DNA of 63,982 nt, counting the filler, from Perkinsus olseni (lineage: Eukaryota): NCBI GenBank assembly GCA_013115125.1. It is 3 parts of 3 records of this genome, joined end to end, with 100 filler letters (N's around TTAATTAATTAA, not from the genome) between each part and the next. Parts side by side here need not be neighbours in the genome. Positions count along the whole stretch, not along the records: positions 48,801 to 63,982 come from JABANN010000704.1; 2 more parts are not named here. One strand, given 5' to 3'. The first letter of the stretch is position 1; each line of letters opens with the position of its first letter. The notes under the pieces were generated by a model that was not told the DNA's origin, did no database searches, and saw nothing but the letters and a program-made list of their open reading frames with translations. This document shows positions 50,815 to 63,982 of this stretch, one piece after another. The position numbers and the translations under genes were made by a program.

Positions 50815-51369
50815 CCGCAGTCGCGGTGTCTTAGTACATGATCAAACTAGATTTTTCTTATTCAGTTTTTCTGTTCAACATCATCATCATTTTTGTGGCC
50901 GGTGAGTACCAAACTTGACGGTTGGCGAAGATGTCGGGGCGAATGTTAGTTGAGTTCTTTGATGCCCGTTTCATTAGCGAAGTCTTTTGAGAGGTCAATG
51001 GGGGTCTTAGAGGGACGAGGTCGTCGCCGCGTCCTGTTTTGTGGAAGCTGCGTTCTTCCATCCTTCAGGGGTCGCGGGCGGAGCCGCTGCACGAGCTTGG
51101 CCCCGTCTTGTGAAACACCGTTCAACACACGAGTTCCTAGCGTTCCTGGAGAAGGTCTTGAGAACACTGTTTCTCGAAGTGGCGCTCGACCACCGACGTC
51201 GATGATTTTCGTTAGGCCCCCAGTGGCCATAGCAACCACTATCACGCCTGGTTCGGCAGTCGAGCCGGGCTTCTTAGTAATAGTGCTCAAGATGGATGAT
51301 TATTGTTGTGAAAGATAACCGGAGCGGGTATTGACCATTCCCGGCTGTTGACGGCTTCAAGTGGTTTCA

Positions 51370-54300
51370 ATGGCGACTTCCCTTCCACAAGAAGTCTCTG
51401 CGGTTTCGGAGCTCACAGTCCCACCTGAGGAGCCCTCAGATGGTGCAACCCCCGGAGACACTTCGGATATGCACGAAGCTGGCGTTCTCACAGTGTTGAG
51501 GAAGCTAAACGACTCTGATGATCCCAGAAACAAAGTGAATGGCGCATCTTTTAAGGTCGCACATCGAAGATTACAAGATACTGCAACCTTTTCGAGTTGA
51601 ATACGAGAGACTGTACAAGATCATGAAGGATCAGAATGACAATCGGTCTCGTCTGTTGAAGAAGTGAGGGAAAAACGGCGGCGAAGACGCGCTTGAAAAT
51701 GCTGTGAAGGTGCCGAGAGTTGGGAGCCGAGATCGCGGCAAATTCGAGCAAGGTGCACTCGGCGACCAAAACGAAACAGGCGAATATGAGGCTCCTAGAA
51801 GAGCTCGGGAAGGAGAAAGTGAAAGCTGTCAGCGAGTCTCGAAATGGTTTGAAGACTGGCTTCAGGAAGCCCTCGAGAAAGAGATCAAAGCGTCGGAAGA
51901 ACGACAACGGAAAGAGAGCGCTAACATGGAAGCCCTTCGGAAAGAGGCTCAGCGTGGGGCCACATGCTCCCCTACTGAGGCTATCGGTCGCCTCTTGATC
52001 AGAGTTGCGGAAGCAGATGAAGCAGTTTAATGAGGCCAGAGACGCTTCCCTTGAAGAACCGGGAACCACCGCCTTCGTCATCTCTCAAGTTAGCCGCTAT
52101 TGAACTCTGGGGTCACCCCTGAGTGTCGTCACAGATGCAAGTCCTCCGCGAGGAACGCAAGAGGCTAGAGAGCCTTGACCACGAAATCTACTCGCTAGAG
52201 CGAGACAACAAGGTATGTTCGAAAGCCCAGGCTTTGTCTTGCCGCGGTGCCTCAGGAGTATAGCGACCAAATGGCCGCACTCAAGCTTGCAAGGGATGAG
52301 AAAAAACAGAAGGTCGAGAATCTTCGAGAATCCGTTAAGAAGTTCGTTGCTGCTCTGTTGGTGAACTCTGCCGAGCTTTCTGCTGCAGAATCAAGGCGAT
52401 GAGAAAAGAGACGGAGATGAAGCTGGCCAAAAAGCGAGCAGAAATTCAACGCGAGGTGAAACGCGAAGGAGCCGGAGACGGCAGTTGACCGCGTGTGTGC
52501 ACAAACAGACGCAGCGGCGGGATGAATCAGCGAAGGAAGTGAAAGAAGCACGGCTGGAGCTGAGCAGAGTCAGGCAGGAGAGAGAACTCGTTGCAAAGGA
52601 GCTCCATGATATAGAGGACGAGCTTAAGGAGGAGGAGGATAGTGTAGGGACGATGGAACCGGGGGAGCGTCGTCTCCGGGCTGATGGTCATGCGCAGCTG
52701 AAAAGAAGGAGGATTTTATCGACTGATTAACCTCTCTCAGACAGGACGCACCTTTGGAACTACTTAATTCCCTGAGTAGCTTGACTTAGGTACGCGACTT
52801 GTACAGAGAGGAAGAGCGGCTTGAACGAACGTAAGAAGCGGCGGTCTTTCTAAAGGCCTTGCAAGTGATGATGATAGGGGATTCAGTGACATATACTCAT
52901 AGCGTGTCTGCGAAGAATGTTTGAAAACCGCGTGAACAACTTCGAGGCCTGAAAAATCGTATCTTAGGTTGATCATGGGATGGGACAAGTCATGACTCGA
53001 TCGTAAGGTACAGGCTGGCCATTGACGAGAAGAAGAAATTAGACCGAGAACTCCGGAGGGAGATCACGAAGAACGATAAAATAGTGAAGGAAAATGTTGG
53101 CAAGAATATCGAGATGCGCATCAAGAGGGAAGAGGTACCCCCTTGGGTTCCTCTTTGAGCGCTCGTACGCCCGCCGCCGTCAGACGCAATCCCTCAGCAA
53201 GGCCATCAAGGGCATGGACAAGCTCATCTACTTGTGCCAGGAGAAAACAGATTCTCTCAAAACTGAGGTGCTACTGCGGGGTAGTAGTTGAGAAGAAGTT
53301 GAACGTGTGCCGGTAGCATAAAATGGGTGATGTGCTTCTCTCAACTAGCCGAAGACCAGACTGCTATGGCTGTCTGTCGATGTAGGTGGAGAGGCTAGAG
53401 AAGGAGAATGAAGAGAAGAAGGAGAAGCTCACTGAGCAGCTAGCTGCTAACCAGAGAGTGAGAGCTTCGGATAGAGAGGATGAGGATGCAGTCCATCTCA
53501 GGCGAAGCGGGCGTTCGATACTCGCCGGAAACGGCTGGAGGATCTCCTCAGAGAGAGGGACCTTCTCAATAAGGACGTGCTTAGGTGACGACCGACCTGC
53601 GACATGCTACTGTTGCCGAGGAGAAGGAGAATTATAAATGATGACCGTGATTCTAAAGCCTAATGCTCACTTTATCTCGCTGCAATGCAGTACTGATGTA
53701 CGTCCTCATCTGTGTAGGCTAATTGCTTTGGTGGAATCTAATTCAGTTGCTCTTCCTCGCACTATGTTGAATGAGCAAAGGCTCGAAGGGTTGGCCCATC
53801 CGTTCAACTTAAACCAACTATTGATCATCAGGATCGGACCCTGAACTAGACTCATACTTGCAGAATGGTTTCTGGGAATTACTCAAATAACGGCTCTTTG
53901 AAGTCATCCCGACTAGTCGTTATTCGAGAGAATCCAGGAAAGTAGATCTTTCATCTCTCAGGGCGGACAACTCTACCGAGCACTGGATGGACCTGATCCG
54001 CAGACACCAGATGATGTGCAGCAACCTCGATCGAGAGCTCGAAGTCGGACGAAAGGAGCTCCACCACGCACAGAAAAGGGCGGTCGACGTGGAAGGACAG
54101 ATTGAAAAGTAGACGAGATCGTCGTGTCGGCTATTGCTCAGATCATCAGGCACGCCGTTGAGCTTTCGGAAGAGAACGCGAAGTACTTTGCTGCGCTCGA
54201 GGAGGTGAAGATCAGGGAGGGACGGATAGCCGAGGTACGCCTTTTCCGAGACGGCTTCTCGTTCTCAAAAATCGCATTCTCAATCGGGCGACGATTCATC

Positions 54301-57300
54301 ATCTACCAAATGAATTGAGGATCATCCCCAAATCAAAGACAAGACTCGGTTTCATACTGATTGTACCGAAGAGAGTAAGTTGTTGTTGGCGCTCCGGTCG
54401 TGGTAGGTTGAGAAGTTGGTAGGGAAGGCGGAGGCGAAGCTAGCTCAACAGCAGTCCCTGTATGACTCGGTGTGCGCGGACCGGAACCTCTACTCGAAAA
54501 GTCTCATCGATTGCAACGCTGAAATAGAGGAGATCAAGAAGAAGTTCAAGATGGCCTTCCACAGGTAGGCTTTGGGAGTGTCCGTGCCTGGCTGAAGCAT
54601 CCTGAGAATGCAGTAGTGAAACGCAACATAACGGTCAAACAATGTTCACAGCAGAGCGTACCTATTGAAACGAAACCGAGGCTCACTGGAACCGTAAGGA
54701 TCTGCAGGGTTTTCGAAGGGTGGGTTTCACCGATCGCCGTTCCGGTTGGGCTCATAGTTTGCGAGATAGAGCAGATAGAAATAAGAGTTAATAGTTAATA
54801 ACAGAACGCAATTATGAGGAAGCTAGTGAACACACAGTTTAATTGTGTGATGAATGTTCTTGACCAGGATAGAGCAGCTGAAGGACGAGGTGAGGAGTAA
54901 GGAGGCGAAGCTAATGAAGGCGCATTTCGAGAAGAACAAGATGACGCGCGGGAATGCTCGAGTTAGAGAGAGCCTCGAGAGCGCCCAGGAGAGGATCGAA
55001 GGCCTGGAGAGCATCGGTGGGCCCTCGGCTGGGTGGACGAGACAAGAGATCACTTCCGAAACCCTCACTACTGCTCCGTGTGATTGGTTCAAAAGTCGTT
55101 CGCGCGTGAAAGGGTGGCTTGACTCGGATCCTTGTGAGCGTAAGCGTGGTTGTGATCACGAGGCCTCTTAGTTGCAACGCAGAAGGCAGAGGCTGAGAAA
55201 TTGCAGGTTGTGGTTGAGGACGCTGAGAAGGAGGTCAGCAGTCATGAGAAGGTAGGGTCCTTTGCCGACTATCAGAACTCTGTCTGAAGGTGCACGGTCG
55301 ATGGAGATCTCGTTATGGTCGAGTTTGTACTCAGCAATTTTAGGGTCAAAGGGAATCATTTTCCTGCCGCTTTGAATAAGTTGACTCGGAATTTGAGGAT
55401 TGCATGTTGCTGAATCGAATTCGCTTCGCCGCCGCCAGTGGCTCATCGAACTCGAATTAACCGAAAATATTCAATATTTGATAGGGAAATGCTGCAGCAC
55501 TTCTCCACTCGTATTTAGCCGGTCTTGGATGAGTTCGGTTTGGAGTGGTATCTGATGCCGTTGGTCATCTTCGTCTTCTCCTCGCAGGAGCTCAAGTCTG
55601 TTTTGTCTGAACGCGACTTACTCGCCAATCAACTCTCAAATCGAGAGGTTGAGGTGAGGAAGTTGTACGAAAAGATACGCCCGCTGGAATCGGAGCTGCG
55701 GCAAGGTGAGAGGAAAATGACCTGATGGGTACACCGCGGCCCTAGCTAGCACAGTCCTCTTGGCTGGTCGTTTGGTAGACCGCTCGTCGCCTCTGAGTGC
55801 TCTCGCCCATATCCTTAATACTGCTGCTAAGGACTAGTCCGGGTGTTCAATACACATGCTCTCCTGATTTTCAACAGCGTTCTCAGGACTGTATTTTTAA
55901 AAGGCACGTGTAAAAGACTCTTCTACACGTCAAGTTCAATTCAGGGAGTGCTCCTGAAGTTCAGGTGTTTTGAGCACGCCCATTGTTCCTACTTGTCGAA
56001 TCGTGTATCACAAATTTGTTTCAATGTCCGCGAGGCTGCCACAGTTCAGCTTGAGAGATTCCTCATCGGCCCCGGAGCGCTCGCGCAGAAATTGGCGGAA
56101 ATTTTCTCGCTTGATTTCCTGAAATTTTCCGGGTACCCGTCGTGAGTGGAAAGCAAGGGCGTGATTCCACTTGTTCGACTGAGCTAGACTAACGTGGGCA
56201 AAATATTGTGGCTATCGATACCGCACGCGAGTGACAGTCCGAAGGAATGAAGGGACTGTCTTTGTGCCGTTAGCGGCTTTCCTGGCAGCGTCTGTAGTGC
56301 CGGCGGCACCGTGCCGCAGGTGCCGCTTCCTTCAACGACCTACTCAGAGACCGCCGATCGGCCGATAGGCAGCTGCTGGATCTCAGAAGGGAGATCGATG
56401 AGGCTAAACTGCAGTACGTGGCGAATCTGTTGGTTTCGTCGTCAGGCTGGTTGGGATATTATTTCCTTCAGCGTTGCCGAGGGAAGGACATTCATCCAGC
56501 AGAAGATGCGCCTTGGCAAAGAGATAAAGGTTCGCTCTCGCGGACTGGATCGAGCGGATGCCCCTCTCCGAAGCAGGCAGAGGTTCTGAAGTGCAGCAAG
56601 CTGCAGCAGGAGCTCGAGAGGCCCATGAACGTCCATCGATGGCGGAGACTGCAGAGCTCGGACGTGCGGACAGAGCACCTCGCGCATGCGTGGACGACAA
56701 CCATGGTCGTGTTTACCGCAGATGCAAACCTTTGAGAGGCTGAAGAGGGTGAGGGAGCTGCAGCAGAGGCTGATACAGACTCAGGTGGGTTCGCAGGATA
56801 CGATGTAAGGTGGTGCGCGAATGAACACGTTCACTTGCTTCGATGAACAGCATAGATGACGGTACTGTTGTTGGCAGGAAGAAGTCGTGAAGAAGGAGAG
56901 GGAGATCACTGCGAAGGAGTCTGAGTTCATGTCCTTGAAGGCTGCTCTGCAGAAGCAACCAGGGCCGGAGATACACGACCAAATTCTACTCTTGCAACAA
57001 GTGAGCGACCCCGAAGAATGATGATAGCCATGTTGATGCAGGCGGTGAAGGATAAGCAAACGCAGCTGACGGTGCTTGAGATGAACATGCAGGAGTATCG
57101 ACAACAGTGCCATGAGAACAGCGCTGATGTTGGCAGGCTGAGGAAACAGATGAAAGAAATGAACGATGACTTCATCGAGAAGTGTAGGCTCTCCGGGTGG
57201 CTTCGTTGCATGAGTTTCACCTATGCGGCCGGCGGGCGACTTGGTGGCCGCTGCCTTCGAAACACGCGCAGTGATGATCGTACTCATGACCGTCTCTTAT

Positions 57301-57403
57301 CTCAGCGCGCGAGTCCTTCCCCAGCAGAGCTCCTTTGCTCCCGTCATCGGACACCAATGGGGAAGAAAACTTATCGCCCTTGGGTTTCCTCGGCGGATCA
57401 TGA
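51370..57403 (+). CDS. CFAP58: Cilia- and flagella-associated protein 58 (CCDC147 family), many exons
   Basis: YFAALEEVKIRE; QQSLYDSVCADRNLYSKSLID; ERDLLANQL..LYEKI..GE; ELERPMNVHRWRRL..SD; QPGPE. 3' end approximate. Confidence 0.85.
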
Positions 57404-57716
57404 TGATTAGCTTCAATGAATGGACAGCTCTCATGAGCTCATGCCGCCATAATACCATTTCAGCGAACTCCTGTGTTGTTTCATGAATGTTGAGTTGTGG
57501 AAAGAGTCGTGAGTGTAAAGAGATTCACAAGTCATAGATTGAGTTTGCTGTCTGCTGTTGTATTCCTAATCACTCCGTGCTTGATGGCCCAGGTGCCTGG
57601 CATCGGATATCGTCTGTGGCTCGACATGCCATCGTAGATGCGGAGGTCCCGCTATATAATGAATGTACTTTAATCATGTCATAGGAACCGATGGAATGAA
57701 GGCGAAAATGCCGCCA

Positions 57717-57788
57717 AGCCGGATGGCGGGATCGAACCGCCGACCTTCAGTTTACAAGACTGACGCTCTACCACTAAGCTAAACCGGC
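57717..57788 (-). tRNA. tRNA-Thr (TGT)
   Basis: Reverse complement GCCGGTTTAGCTTAGTGGTAGAGCG-TCAGT-CTTGTAA-ACTGA-AGGTCGGCGGTTCGATCCCGCCATCCGGCT. Confidence 0.96.
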
Positions 57789-58035
57789 TTGTATATTCCT
57801 TGCTCGCGGTCAACCCGGCCTGTGATTGGAGTACAAATGCAAACGGCTTTTGTATTTGATTTGGCTTTACAAAGTGGGTCGGCTCGACACCCTCTATTGG
57901 CCGAGTCTCCCCAGTGGATTTTGTCGTGCCATGCTCAATAGGACTCGCAGCGGGAAGCCACCGTAGAACCTCGGCAAATCCTCGGCTGCTGATCTGCATG
58001 ACCGAGACGATCGTTTGTAGTTTTTATAATCAGCA

Positions 58036-60521
<2,486 letters not shown>

Positions 60522-60830
60522 AGTTTCAGGTGTGTGTGATGTCTAGTTTCTCTGATGATGAAGTTGAGTTCACGCGTCGGAAAAGGATAGTTTCAATACC
60601 TCAGTGATCGTGGGCGGACTCAGTCCTACAGAGTCTCTGAGTGTAGATCCATACTCCGAATCTGAGCCGCCTCCGGCACAATTAGAGAACTCCTGTTGAT
60701 GGGCTCAGCAGCTGGGAGCTTATGGGGCCATCCCTGAGGTACGGGCCGAGTGCCTATGGCCTGCATCAAGGGTTAACGTCCTAGGACTTGTTGTTGAAGG
60801 TCCCTTCTATCATACCTCTGCTAGCGCAAT

Positions 60831-61166
60831 TATACCATCGGGAACAAGTCTATTGGGCTCAGGGCGAGGAGGCCGTCATGCCAGCGGCGGTCGAGGTATC
60901 ATCACATCAGCCAGTGAAGACAGCGAATTGGCGATAGAGTCGGAATAGTGGCATTAAATTGGCGAGTAAAGGAGTTATTTTAGCGGCGGGCCTCGAACAA
61001 GGAATTCAAACGTATGGATAAGGCCCTCATCTTTATTCACCGAATCGATGTCCCTGTTACGATCTCACCTTCGATTCGCTGTCTCAACTCGCTAATGTGA
61101 TGACATCCTCGACCGCCGCTGGCATAACGGCCCGACTCTAGGCCGGATAGACTTCTCAATGGTATA
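60831..61166. repeat. Long imperfect inverted repeat (fold-back/MITE-like)
   Basis: Perfect 19 bp core 60878-60896 / 61107-61125 inside ~58 bp arms (60871-60928 / 61074-61132), with degenerate matches extending inward and outward. Confidence 0.85.
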
Positions 61167-61874
61167 GATGCAAGATGTGCTTGCTCACTCGCAGACTACG
61201 ACATCTTGATCTTTTGCCTGCAGTTTCACGAAGCTCTCCCGATATGCAGTATGACTGCTAACTGTTCCGGCGGCCTCACGCCCATTGTAGCGCATGGAGT
61301 TTCTTATCCGGGAGGGAGAGTGTAATTCCGTTTACCCCATTAATTCATCATGATGAAGAAAAACTACACTCCGATGAGCGATGATGATCGTCCGGGTTGA
61401 CATAGTGAGCCTCCGCCGCAAGACCGTAAAAACTGCTACACACGTAACTTGCAAATGTATCTTTGAAGCATGCTAGTATTAACAACACGACTTCGCACCT
61501 TCACTTCCTCGCGGAGTCCTAGTGGAGAACATTCCAATGTGAAATAGAAAGTTTTGTGGTGGCTTCCTGCGACTAAAGGTCCCAACTAACGACCGTCAAA
61601 CCCAAATGACGGTCTCTCCACACACAGAGCAGGGAATCGCTCTGGTAGAATGAGGAAGGCTAACTACCAGGCATAGTATTGCGATCCGGTGATGAAAACA
61701 TTGTAAGTGTCGAATGGTGCAACGCCGTGATCCCTCGATGAAAGGGATAAGACAGCAAAAAAATGACGACCTGATCGATACCGGAAATCGACCATCGTAA
61801 TCGCGAGAAAAAGACAGGTGGGAAGGTCAACGCCCGGGCTGGCAGAGCAATTGGCTCTGTAGTAGTTCTCCATC

Positions 61875-63533
61875 CTAGACCTCGACGCTGAAGTTCCTTA
61901 CACCATCGATGTCGAACATGTCTATATAGTTGTACTTGCGCTTAACAGCTTGTAGCCTCTCATATGTACCCTTATGCGGGAAGAATTGAGAAATCCATTC
62001 GGTGCGAGTCGAAGTATCTTCCATGTAGTTTTGGTACTTTGTATTGGTAGAGATGGGCTTGAGAGCCTTCGACATGTCGACGAGCCAAGGGTAGACAACT
62101 TCGGAGAGAACCTCGCCGGGCTTGTGATAAATAGCGTGCTCGATATTGAAACCACGACTGCGGTGGTCGAAGGAGGTGCACTTCTCTCCAGGAGCACGAC
62201 GACAGTCTTGCGGTTCGTCGAGCATCTTGTGAGTATAGGGTACAATGGACTGCCAACAGCCAGATCTGTGGCAGGTTTCTCCCAGGATACCATCCACCAT
62301 TGTTGTTACGTCTCCGAGACTGAGATTATCGGGATAGTAGTAGTTCATCTGGACCCGATGGAAGTCTAGAGAATGGGTACCAATGTAACGACAAGTATCC
62401 ATGGCCACCTGGATTCCCGCTTCTGATGCATGACGGACTCCCTTAGAGGGATAAACCGAGCCACAGTTCATCTGGGTCCATTGAGCCCTCACGAGACTCA
62501 TCTCCTCCTTATCAGGAAGGAAGATGGTTGGATCGGTGATACCCGTACGTTTCCTGAATCTCGAGGTCACGTCGTCGCAAGCCGAGCAGTCGCCGTCAGG
62601 GGAGCACAGGCAAAGGGAATAATAGTACGAGACAGATATATTGGTGGTGTTGCCAAATAGGAGAATGGAACCAAAGTCTTTTGGAGTCCTTGGCTCCGTC
62701 ACAAACTCCATGTAGTCCTGTACACGGATAGCTTGGGTTTCCACATCATATTTGTTCATAGACCCAGACGAGAAAAGTACCCTAGTGGCGGGATAAGCCT
62801 TGTAGTAGAAGTTCAGTACCACACCATAATTACCGCCCATTCCACCACGAACAGCGAATAGAAGATGTTTGTTCCCCGCAGACAGCGTCGCCTTGACAAC
62901 TTTGAAAGCCCCAGTGGCCTCGTCATACACAACGACGTCAGCAGCAACGAGGCGGTCAACAGCTAGGCCGTACTTCGGGCCGAGTACACTTTGACCGCCT
63001 CCAGAAAAGTAGCCGGCTATTCCGACCGTCGCGTGAGATCCACCGGGAAAGGCCAGAGCAGGGTCATGACGCCCCATCAACGTATACACTTCGATTGTGT
63101 CGAGGCCTGCTCCCATCTTGACTATATACTGGCCCACCCCGGACACGTCGAAGCCCTTCAGACGCTGCATGTTGAGAACTACGCCATTGTTGACAGTGCT
63201 TTGACCGATGTAAGAGTGGCCAATGCCGCTTCGGATGGCGACGGGAACTTTATGCTTGTGGCAAATCGTCAGGGCGGACACAACTTCATCAGAATTATTT
63301 GGAAATACCATAGCCGCGGGAATAATGCCGTTGCGAGATGCGAACCTGGGAAAGGCCGGGTCGGGTATATTCTTCGTGATGACAGAGCCCTCGGGAAGCG
63401 TGCCCTTCAGCTCGGCAATCGCCTCGGAGACCGGGTCGAAGCTTGAAACTAGGTAACAGTTGAACCAGATGAGGATGGCAAGGGTCACAGAAGAATGCTT
63501 CAAACTCGTGCGAACCAGGCAGTACGAGACCAT
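61875..63533 (-). CDS. Secreted FAD-linked oxidase, berberine-bridge-enzyme-like (FAD_binding_4 + BBE), intronless
   Basis: PAAMVFP; RSGIGHSY; TVGIAGYFSGGG; LLFAVRGGMGGNYGVV; YQNY; YERLQAVKRKY; N-terminal hydrophobic signal. Confidence 0.92.
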   Translation of the reverse strand: MVSYCLVRTSLKHSSVTLAILIWFNCYLVSSFDPVSEAIAELKGTLPEGSVITKNIPDPAFPRFASRNGIIPAAMVFPNNSDEVVSALTICHKHKVPVAIRSGIGHSYIGQSTVNNGVVLNMQRLKGFDVSGVGQYIVKMGAGLDTIEVYTLMGRHDPALAFPGGSHATVGIAGYFSGGGQSVLGPKYGLAVDRLVAADVVVYDEATGAFKVVKATLSAGNKHLLFAVRGGMGGNYGVVLNFYYKAYPATRVLFSSGSMNKYDVETQAIRVQDYMEFVTEPRTPKDFGSILLFGNTTNISVSYYYSLCLCSPDGDCSACDDVTSRFRKRTGITDPTIFLPDKEEMSLVRAQWTQMNCGSVYPSKGVRHASEAGIQVAMDTCRYIGTHSLDFHRVQMNYYYPDNLSLGDVTTMVDGILGETCHRSGCWQSIVPYTHKMLDEPQDCRRAPGEKCTSFDHRSRGFNIEHAIYHKPGEVLSEVVYPWLVDMSKALKPISTNTKYQNYMEDTSTRTEWISQFFPHKGTYERLQAVKRKYNYIDMFDIDGVRNFSVEV

Positions 63534-63982
63534 GTTAGGCTTCGGCAACTAAATAATAAGCCTAACAACGAGCACGAATCTCGCCGTTGAGTGGAGATGG
63601 GCAACTGCCTTAAGCGTTGAGAAGAACGCTCACGGTTGCAGAAGCCGCCCCGTACCGAGTTACGGTTAGAACGACGGACACCTCAACGGCGTTGAGGTAT
63701 CAGTCGTTGGTATGCACTATAACTCAGTAGAGTGTGGCTGTTTGAGACGGGGATCAAATAGTTGTAAAAACTGGGCAAGGGGGGGGTTGCTCGATAACGA
63801 CATTCTACAGTGTAAATTAGAACGCATACTCATGCACGCGAGTGCAAGGCGCATAATGAGATGGGATACCGGTAGTTCGTGAGCAGGGTTGTCACTATAG
63901 TGCAGGAGCCCGTTCAAGTGCTCCAATTTCCGAGTCTTAGCTCTCGGAAAGAGCACCCTTCCGAGCTCAGAGAAAAATTGTC

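Noticed and set aside
53634-53700. Intronic ATGATGA...CTGA with short terminal stem (box C/D snoRNA?)
   Set aside because: ATGATGA is very common in this genome, the span is short and I could not identify an rRNA-complementary guide.
18219-57403. Apparent cluster of flagellar genes (ODA-DC, SPAG17, CFAP58)
   Set aside because: They lie on three different contigs and are interspersed with unrelated genes.

Overview
Intron-rich eukaryotic (protist) genomic DNA, most consistent with a perkinsid alveolate such as Perkinsus. This is inferred from dense 40-60 nt GT-AG introns, a RAP-domain gene, flagellar genes and intronless secreted families. The window is three contigs joined by N-padded TTAATTAATTAA spacers (24316-24415, 48701-48800). 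The ORF track is mostly exon fragments and antisense shadows. Manual splicing recovers an ExoIII/APE endonuclease, an ABHD17-like hydrolase, an unusual RS-OCRE-cold-shock-PP2C phosphatase, a RAP protein, a CxxCxGxG zinc-finger protein, an amino-acid transporter, an ODA docking-complex subunit, SPCS1, a ~13.7 kb SPAG17/PF6 gene with two intronic tRNAs, CFAP58, xylulokinase, a BBE-like FAD oxidase and four tRNAs. Top findings: (1) an HDV-like double-pseudoknot ribozyme fold at the inferred 5' end of a non-LTR retrotransposon that interrupts a secreted-protein gene (48108-48190); (2) the RS-OCRE-CSD-PP2C fusion (6295-9946); (3) a ~340 bp intergenic fold-back (60831-61166); (4) a secreted beta-rich protein whose signal peptide has no ATG. 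All exon models are hand-derived and their boundaries are approximate.
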